Shown: in pieces, positions 57,548 to 64,000 of the stretch
Layout: the number at the start of each line of letters is the position of its first letter
Numbering within the stretch: the first letter of the stretch is position 1
Assembly: GCA_023245355.1 (NCBI GenBank)
Contig: JAHFKN010000001.1
Span: 268,596 to 332,595 of the forward strand
From: Candidatus Gottesmanbacteria bacterium
GTDB taxonomy: Bacteria; Patescibacteriota; Microgenomatia; UBA10105; UBA927
Length of the DNA: 64,000 nucleotides
Direction of reading: 5' to 3'
The notes under the pieces: generated by a model
What the model was told of the DNA's origin: nothing
Seen by the model: the letters and a program-made list of their open reading frames with translations, nothing else
Databases searched by the model: none
Program-made: the position numbers and the translations under genes

Positions 57548-58576
57548 TCATGAGCGGAAGAGCGTTTTATTTGCTGTTATCCATTCGTACAGGGTTTTCA
57601 CTCCCGCTTCTACACTGATTGTTGGTTCCCATCCGAATTCTTTTTTTGCTTTCCGTATGTCTGCCACGAATATTTTCTGATCTCCCGGACGCCAATTCTC
57701 CGGCGTAACAGGAATATTTTTACCGAACAGATGTTCCAGCATGGGGCCGAATTCCTGCCACACCGAAAGCGTATTATGATGCCCTCCGCCGATGTTATAA
57801 ATTTTTCCGCGGGTTTTCGGTCCTGCTAGGATAGCCATATCATACGCGCGGATAAGATCATCGACGTGCAAAAGATCGCGCACCTGCTTACCGTCGCCAT
57901 ACAGGGACAATTTTTTCCCGAGTACGGTAGCGATGATAAACCACGCCACCCACCCCTGATCCTCCACTCCGAATTGCCGCGGCCCGTAGATACATGACTG
58001 CCGCATTACTACCGTATCGAGCCCGTAAATTCTGCTGTAGTCATGCACGTACTGGTCAGCCGCCCCTTTGGAACACCCGTACGGGGAATGAAAATCGAGC
58101 GGACGCTCCTCACTGGCGCCATACGGCAAATCCGCATATTCGTACCGGGTATCTTTTTCGACGACAGGGACATCGTCCATACCGCCGTATACTTTGTTTG
58201 TCGAAGAATAAATGAATTTTGCTCCACTGCCCGCTGCCCGCATGGCCTCCAGCATGTTAAATGTTCCCAAAGCATTGATTTCAAAATCTTCTCTGGGATT
58301 GGTAACGGACGTCGTCACAGCGACTTGAGCCGCCAGGTGAAGCACCGCATCTGCCGATGCCAAAAAAGAAATAAGTTTGCCCGTCTCTTTCACGGAACGC
58401 ATGTCACCTTTTATATAGGTAAGGTTGCCTCCTAGCCCTTTAAGCCAGGCAAGATTTTTATCCGTATTTTTACGGGACAGATTATCAAAAATGACGACCT
58501 CGGCTTTTTTCCCGAGATAATACGCGGCCGCGTTACTGCCGATGAATCCTGCCCCGCCTGTTATGACTATTTTCAT
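57548..58576 (-). CDS. CDP-paratose 2-epimerase (TyvE/RfbE)-like nucleotide-sugar epimerase
   Basis: FDNLSRK, HLAAQVAVTTSV, FEINALGTFNMLEA, IYSSTNKVYG, DFHSPYGCSKGAADQY, DQGWVAWF, GDGKQVRDLLH - collinear with TyvE as I recall it. Confidence 0.75.
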   Translation of the reverse strand: MKIVITGGAGFIGSNAAAYYLGKKAEVVIFDNLSRKNTDKNLAWLKGLGGNLTYIKGDMRSVKETGKLISFLASADAVLHLAAQVAVTTSVTNPREDFEINALGTFNMLEAMRAAGSGAKFIYSSTNKVYGGMDDVPVVEKDTRYEYADLPYGASEERPLDFHSPYGCSKGAADQYVHDYSRIYGLDTVVMRQSCIYGPRQFGVEDQGWVAWFIIATVLGKKLSLYGDGKQVRDLLHVDDLIRAYDMAILAGPKTRGKIYNIGGGHHNTLSVWQEFGPMLEHLFGKNIPVTPENWRPGDQKIFVADIRKAKKEFGWEPTISVEAGVKTLYEWITANKTLFRS

Positions 58577-58581
58577 ATGTG

Positions 58582-59382
58582 TTACGGGAGCGGCACGTTA
58601 AAATTCAGCTCCTTATCAAACCGCCATTTCCGTTTATTGAGGTTATCATAATAGTGCAATATATGCAGCCGGTAATACACCGCGAATGTATCCCACAGCA
58701 TGCTCGATATTGTTTTCAAAACGCTTAGCGATGTAATGCTGGATCCTCCGAAATCGAGTTCGACCGGTGATTCAAAAATACGCCGGTATCCTAAGTAGTA
58801 CGCGACGGCAAGAATTTCAATATCAAAGGCGAATTTCTTTACCACAAGTCTGGGGAGTACGTCTTCCAGCACTTCCCTGCGGTATAATTTCATGCCGACC
58901 TGGGTATCCCGGGTATTAAGCCCGAATAGCAAACGCACGAGCTGTTGATATCCCCAGGACAATATTTTGCGGGTCAACGGGTAACGGATTTTGGATACCG
59001 GATGACGCTTGCTGCCGATAATGATATCCGCGTTGTACCATTTGTAATGTTCAATCATCATTGACAGCCCTAATTCGCTCAAATCTCCGCCTGCATCTAT
59101 AAATCCCACGACATCACCGCGGCTTTTTCCCATACCAAACCGGACCGCATACCCTTTGCCGTGGTTTGTTTTATACCCGGTAACGGTAATTTTGTCGGAA
59201 CGGACTTTTTTGGCCTCCTCAAAACTTGCATCATCGAATCCGTCAATTACCACAATCACCTCATACGGAGTGGCAAGCAGTTCGAGTTCACCGAGGATAT
59301 TCTGCAGCTGTTTCCGGATCGTCCGTTCCTGACGATACACGGGAATGATGAGAGACAGCAATTTAATGGTTTTTGACCGCAT
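58582..59382 (-). CDS. GT2-family polyprenyl-phosphate glycosyltransferase (DPM1/Ppm-like)
   Basis: LSLIIPVYRQERTI...VIVVIDGFDD, small soluble GT-A of the dolichyl-phosphate sugar synthase type. Confidence 0.65.
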   Translation of the reverse strand: MRSKTIKLLSLIIPVYRQERTIRKQLQNILGELELLATPYEVIVVIDGFDDASFEEAKKVRSDKITVTGYKTNHGKGYAVRFGMGKSRGDVVGFIDAGGDLSELGLSMMIEHYKWYNADIIIGSKRHPVSKIRYPLTRKILSWGYQQLVRLLFGLNTRDTQVGMKLYRREVLEDVLPRLVVKKFAFDIEILAVAYYLGYRRIFESPVELDFGGSSITSLSVLKTISSMLWDTFAVYYRLHILHYYDNLNKRKWRFDKELNFNVPLP

Positions 59383-60622
59383 GGCGATAGTATAACAAAA
59401 GGCCGGTAAATAAACCGGTTAATGTCAGGCAATTTACCCATAAAATGGCGCTGATATCGGAGTGATACAGCGTAATTGCCGCTATCTGTATAAGCGACGC
59501 TGTTGCCACAAAAAGCCAAACCAGTACATTTCCCCGGCCAAGAAGTGTCATCATCAGAAGATAAGAAAGCGAGTACAAAGACAAGAATACGCCGAACCAT
59601 CCTAAATACGGAGCCGCGGGAAAATAGGAAGACCCGAACAGTAACAGAAGCGCCAGTTTCGGAAGCAACGCATAGCCGGCGGTAATCCCCAGGGATATTA
59701 CACCGATGGCAGCCAACGCGGAATACACCAGACGCCGGGAATCAGACTGCTCCTTCGCCCGCTCTGCCACCACGGGAAACAGCACATAGGATATACTGCT
59801 GCCGGCAAAAAATATTATTTTCCCCATGACGGAGAGCGCCGCATAATATCCTGCTTCGACAGGCGGCAGAAAATGTTTCGCCAGCAGAATATCCGTGCTA
59901 TACAGCGACGTCATCCCGAGCATGGAAATAAGCGAGGGAAACGAATATGAAACCAGTTCTTTGGTACTGATATTCGGGGGCTCCTCTTTTGCCCGGTACA
60001 GAAACCTGAGCGGAATAAAATACGCGAGCAGGCCGATCACCCCGGTGATAAGACCGGCGGCAACCGTTTCCACTACCCCCATCATCGCACCCAGTGCGCC
60101 TCCTCCCAGACGGAGAAGGGCTATGACATTTGTCAGTATCATCGCAGGGACGAACATCTGGAATCCCTGAAGCAGACTCGCCTGGATAACGGTCACGAAC
60201 CAGAGTGCGGACGTAAGATACATGAAAAGCACCGAAATATGACGATCGATATGCAGAAATCCTGAAATAATACCGGTAAGCGGCCATATGACGGCAGTAC
60301 CAATGAGGGATATGACGACGATCCGCTTCATCACAAACAGACTCAAAGACTTTGCTTTCCCGACTTCCTGCTTCGCACGGAACCCTGCAATATATTTTGT
60401 AAGCACTGTCTGCAGAACCAGGGAGGGAACGTTTAACAGATACGAAAACGAAAAAAGAGACGCCAGTTCGCCGTACTGCTGGGGGCCCAGAAGCCTGCCC
60501 ACGATGAGATGATACGCATACGCACCGATATTGGCCAGTGTCGTGCCCGCAAGCACTATCGCACTGCCCCGTGCCAGCGGATGAGAGGCCATATGCGATA
60601 TTTTTTCAGCGATGCGCTTCAT
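59363..60622 (-). CDS. Wzx-type flippase (MOP superfamily polysaccharide biosynthesis protein)
   Basis: About 12-14 TM helices, N-terminal MKRIAEKISHMASHPLARGSAIVLAGTTLANIG typical of Wzx/PST proteins; start trimmed from ORF 59363..60748. Confidence 0.7.
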   Translation of the reverse strand: MKRIAEKISHMASHPLARGSAIVLAGTTLANIGAYAYHLIVGRLLGPQQYGELASLFSFSYLLNVPSLVLQTVLTKYIAGFRAKQEVGKAKSLSLFVMKRIVVISLIGTAVIWPLTGIISGFLHIDRHISVLFMYLTSALWFVTVIQASLLQGFQMFVPAMILTNVIALLRLGGGALGAMMGVVETVAAGLITGVIGLLAYFIPLRFLYRAKEEPPNISTKELVSYSFPSLISMLGMTSLYSTDILLAKHFLPPVEAGYYAALSVMGKIIFFAGSSISYVLFPVVAERAKEQSDSRRLVYSALAAIGVISLGITAGYALLPKLALLLLFGSSYFPAAPYLGWFGVFLSLYSLSYLLMMTLLGRGNVLVWLFVATASLIQIAAITLYHSDISAILWVNCLTLTGLFTGLLLYYRHAVKNH

Positions 60623-61322
60623 GAAGGGATGATTTCGGTTTCCACCAGCGGTATTTGATAAGCGTAATAAGCGCAACGATTCCATCCCGCCAGGTAAGTT
60701 TCTTCCCCTCCTCAAATTTCCTGCCGAAGTATGAGATAGGGACTTCATAAATCTGATGGCCGCTCCGCAACAGCTTTACGGTAATCTCCGGCTCGAAGTC
60801 GAACCGCTTTGCTCTGATGTCAAAATCTTTGACTGCCGCTTTGCGGAATGCTTTGTAGCCGGTTTCCATGTCGGTAATATTTGTGTTGTAGAGGATGTTG
60901 GTAACAAATGTCACGAATTTATTTCCCAGCGCATAGACAAACATGGTTGAAAGATGTGAGCCCAGAAACCGTGATCCGTATACTGCCGTCACTCTGTCAT
61001 TTTCAAACGGTGCAAGCAGAATCGGATAATCATCAGGACTATACTCCAGATCAGCATCCTGAATAAGGATGATGTCGCCGGTAGCCCGCCGGAGCCCGGC
61101 CGTCACGGCCGCTCCCTTCCCCTGGTTGCGCAGCAGATTCACCACGGTAACGCGATCCTGCCATTTCTTAAGAATAGTGGCTGTCGTATCCACCGACCCG
61201 TCATCCACGACAATAATCTCTTTTTGCCAGCCGGGAAGTGCCGCTTTCGTCACACGCTCCAACACCTCACGGATTGTTTTTGCTTCGTTATATGTCGGAA
61301 TGATAATGGATATCGTTTTCAT
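60606..61322 (-). CDS. GT2-family polyprenyl-phosphate glycosyltransferase (DPM1/GtrB/ArnC-like)
   Basis: ISIIIPTYNEAKTIREVLERV...IIVVDDGSVDTT, QDADLEYSPDD DxD/ED region. Confidence 0.8.
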   Translation of the reverse strand: MKTISIIIPTYNEAKTIREVLERVTKAALPGWQKEIIVVDDGSVDTTATILKKWQDRVTVVNLLRNQGKGAAVTAGLRRATGDIILIQDADLEYSPDDYPILLAPFENDRVTAVYGSRFLGSHLSTMFVYALGNKFVTFVTNILYNTNITDMETGYKAFRKAAVKDFDIRAKRFDFEPEITVKLLRSGHQIYEVPISYFGRKFEEGKKLTWRDGIVALITLIKYRWWKPKSSLHEAHR

Positions 61323-61336
61323 AATATTCCTTGCAA

Positions 61337-62395
61337 TCAGCGTACCGTCCGCTCATAGACCTCTACGGTTTCCCGGGCCACCCGCCGCCAGCTGAAGTGA
61401 CTGACCCACTCAAACCCGCGTTTTACGAGTTCCTGTTTCTCGGATACATCCAGCTGTAATACCTCCAGAACGGATTTTGCAAACCCTGCAGTATCGGAAG
61501 GGTTAAATACGCGCGCCGGACCGGCTATTTCGGGCACACTTGCCCGGTTCGTCACGACGACCGGCACGCCGCAGGCCATGGCTTCCAATACCGGGAATCC
61601 GAATCCCTCGTACCACGACGGTAACACGACGCAATCGGCACCCGAATACACCCCTGCCATATCCTCGGCTTTTATAAATCCCGGGTGCACGATGTATTTT
61701 GTCAGCCCCAAAGACTCGATAAGATGAAAAATCTCACGCGTCTCCCGGATTTCCATATCCGTAAATGCCGACCCGGCCAGCACCAGTTTACAATCCCGTG
61801 ATTTAGAAAGCTTACCCCGCACTATTTTCCAGGCATTGATAAGACCGGTCACGTTTTTATTCCAATTCACGTCTCCTATGTACAGGACATATTCCTGCGG
61901 CAGATGGTACCGTTTCCGTATATCTTCCAAAGCGCTTTCACTCCGCACCTGTTTGTAATTCGGGCTCGGAGCCAACGGAACCACATGAACCCATTCAGGC
62001 TTTCTGCCGGTCAGACGCAGAATATCGTCCTTACTGCATTTGGAATCGGTTATGACTCCCGATGAACCCAGAAGCGACAGGCGCTGAATCTGCCATTTGA
62101 ATTTCCCGCGCACTCCCGGGGGAAATTTATCCGGAAACACCAACGGAATGACATCGTGAACCGTTACGACGGTCGGGAATCGTTTATTAAACGGCAGCGT
62201 CAGGAAAAAGGGGTCAAAAAAAGGATAATGCACGATATGGGTACCCCGCGGGATATCCTCTATACGGGTAAAAAACGAATATGAATGTCCTTTTTCGTAT
62301 TTTTGCAGGGCATCTATCAGATTTTTGGTATAGACGCCTGTTCCCCGCATCCGGTGTTCGGTCGAAAGCGGCAATGTATTAATCGCTATGTTCAT
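61337..62395 (-). CDS. GT4-family glycosyltransferase
   Basis: GT-B: VVLPSWYEGFGFPVLEAMACGVPVVVT. Confidence 0.8.
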   Translation of the reverse strand: MNIAINTLPLSTEHRMRGTGVYTKNLIDALQKYEKGHSYSFFTRIEDIPRGTHIVHYPFFDPFFLTLPFNKRFPTVVTVHDVIPLVFPDKFPPGVRGKFKWQIQRLSLLGSSGVITDSKCSKDDILRLTGRKPEWVHVVPLAPSPNYKQVRSESALEDIRKRYHLPQEYVLYIGDVNWNKNVTGLINAWKIVRGKLSKSRDCKLVLAGSAFTDMEIRETREIFHLIESLGLTKYIVHPGFIKAEDMAGVYSGADCVVLPSWYEGFGFPVLEAMACGVPVVVTNRASVPEIAGPARVFNPSDTAGFAKSVLEVLQLDVSEKQELVKRGFEWVSHFSWRRVARETVEVYERTVR

Positions 62396-63936
62396 AAGGG
62401 TTTATGCTTCCTGAGTATAAATGAAACGGACAAAGCGGACAACGAAAGAATGCTTATTGCTGCCGCAGCAGTCTGCAGCGGTGTTCTCCCCAACCATATG
62501 CGTATCTTGTGATCCCCTTTCGGAACAGACAGCGATACCAGTCCGTTTGCATCAGGCGAAGCGGCAATCTGTCTTTCGTCCACGCGCGCCTGCCAGCCGG
62601 GATAATACGCGACGGGGGCACTAAATACCGCAGATTCCGATGCAGTCACGGTAAATATGTATGAGGTGGGTGCCTGTTTAGTCACTCCGGTAACCGTACC
62701 GGAAAATACAGTATCTTTCCGGGGCGAACCCGCAAGCCAGACAGTCTGAAACATATCCCCGAGCGACGACGTACCGCTCGTAAATGACGGGTTCTCCAGA
62801 TACTGAGCATCAGTCCGCATCTCATACATCACCGGCCTTGCGTAATGGTAGGCAAACAACACGGAAAGCAACATCAGAATAATTCCCCATTTGGGCAGCT
62901 TACCGGTCACCAATCCGGCCAGTATCGGGGTCGCGATAACAAAAACGGACAGTAACCGCCAGGGAAACTGCATGAACCGGATAAACGGCAAAGCTGCCCA
63001 CAGGAACGCCGCATATTCGGTCATGAGAAACGCCGAAACCGTAATACCCGTCAGGGCAAGTATGCTGTACCACCGCACGGACGCGGACATCTTCGTGCGT
63101 TTGAGGACAAGTATTCCTGCGGTAACCAACACAAGAAGAGGAATAATACCTATCTGAAATGACATTTGATCCCCGAGTCCCGGTACGGAATATCCGCTTC
63201 CCCACGAAGGAAACAGCATCTGTACCAGTGCGGGAAAGTGATCTCTGTAATCTACCGTATTTAGGCCGGTAACATATGCCCGTTCCAAAAGCGCAGGCAG
63301 CCAAAAGTATGCTGAGAGACCTATACCCGCCGCCCAATACACGAGCATCTTCCTGGTTTTTGCCGCGGCAATGCATAGCACCGGAACAAATATCATGGCC
63401 AGAATGTTATGTGAAAGAATGAGCGCGCCGACTGCAAACGCAAACAAACGCGGTTTAACATAGGCAAGTGCACAGAGTGCAAGCATCACAAACGACAGCG
63501 CCCATACTTCTCCGACCGATCCGCGGACATAGATATCGACGAACCAGTACGGTACGTAGGAAAATATGACGGTTGCGATAACGGCTGTTTTCATACCGAA
63601 TTCTTTTTTTATAAACAAATAACACCACACCACGGCAGTCAGGTACCCCAATGCCATCGTCCATTTGAAACTGTCCACGAAACTCAAACCGAATACATGG
63701 AAGAAACTTCCGATATAGTTCGGGAACGGATAGTTAAAGGTAAATAACGGAATTCCCAGTCCGTTGTTTAAATCCGGCGCCCACCGCGGAAACCACTGAC
63801 CGGAGGAAAGCATGGTAAAAAACTGCCAGAACCTGATGATGTGGTATTCCCCGTCATGCGTCGGGATAAACTTTGAACCGAAAAGCGGCAATGAAGCGAT
63901 AAACGCCGGGATCAGTGCGAGGAACAATGCGGTCAT
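62392..63936 (-). CDS. Polytopic GT-C-like membrane protein (YfhO/PTPS-related type)
   Basis: 514 aa, >=12 TM, N-terminal THDGEYHIIRFWQF loop with Asp/His, periplasmic C-terminal segment then final TM. Family call tentative. Confidence 0.5.
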   Translation of the reverse strand: MTALFLALIPAFIASLPLFGSKFIPTHDGEYHIIRFWQFFTMLSSGQWFPRWAPDLNNGLGIPLFTFNYPFPNYIGSFFHVFGLSFVDSFKWTMALGYLTAVVWCYLFIKKEFGMKTAVIATVIFSYVPYWFVDIYVRGSVGEVWALSFVMLALCALAYVKPRLFAFAVGALILSHNILAMIFVPVLCIAAAKTRKMLVYWAAGIGLSAYFWLPALLERAYVTGLNTVDYRDHFPALVQMLFPSWGSGYSVPGLGDQMSFQIGIIPLLVLVTAGILVLKRTKMSASVRWYSILALTGITVSAFLMTEYAAFLWAALPFIRFMQFPWRLLSVFVIATPILAGLVTGKLPKWGIILMLLSVLFAYHYARPVMYEMRTDAQYLENPSFTSGTSSLGDMFQTVWLAGSPRKDTVFSGTVTGVTKQAPTSYIFTVTASESAVFSAPVAYYPGWQARVDERQIAASPDANGLVSLSVPKGDHKIRIWLGRTPLQTAAAAISILSLSALSVSFILRKHKPL

Positions 63937-64000
63937 AGGTACCTTTTAAGCAGAGTAAACGGCCGCAGTATTTTTTTCCGGAACCGGATACAGATATATA

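Noticed and set aside
1-64000. CRISPR arrays, transposases/integrases, phage genes, tRNA/rRNA genes.
   Set aside because: No regularly spaced repeats noticed, and no ORFs with transposase-, integrase- or Cas-like sequence. The short intergenic gaps inspected lack tRNA T-loop consensus (GGTTCGAAT-like). This was not an exhaustive computational scan; tRNAscan-SE and a repeat finder should confirm.

Overview
All recognisable genes in this 64 kb window lie on the minus strand; transcription runs from coordinate 64000 towards 1. I see no rRNA, tRNA, CRISPR or mobile-element genes. Gene calls rest on conserved sequence motifs; I could run no database or profile searches. The window has two blocks. 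Block 1 (1..17.4 kb) is a rearranged, insertion-rich division/cell-wall (dcw) cluster: mraZ, rsmH, ftsL, ftsI, murE, pgeF, murC, murB, murA, a GlmU-like enzyme, an alpha/beta hydrolase, a membrane-anchored murF, a DegT-family aminotransferase, a CvpA-CAP fusion, an MBL hydrolase, a FemAB-family transferase, dgkA and the start of mraY. Between the blocks lie a long non-coding mraZ leader carrying direct repeats that resemble an MraZ operator, a small anchored hypothetical, glyQS preceded by a glycine T-box leader, and recO. Block 2 (20.5..64 kb) is a contiguous supercluster of about 40 genes for envelope glycan synthesis. It encodes a PglC-like initiating phosphotransferase, a Wzx flippase, about nine GT4 and five GT2 glycosyltransferases, and five polytopic GT-C membrane proteins. 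Three of the GT-C proteins are giant fusions of 991, 1062 and 1171 aa. It also encodes enzymes for unusual nucleotide sugars: GDP-mannose 3,5-epimerase, a CDP-paratose-2-epimerase-like enzyme, a PseB/CapE-like UDP-GlcNAc 4,6-dehydratase, UDP-xylose synthase, GalE and a ManC-like enzyme. Acetyltransferases, two SAM methyltransferases and an AT-rich sub-island (about 41.8..47.4 kb) complete it. The best candidate for an undescribed system is this combination of a Wzx/Wzy-type pathway with a polyprenyl-phosphate-sugar/GT-C pathway, built around the fused giant membrane proteins. The organism looks Gram-positive-like or CPR-like; I cannot confirm this.
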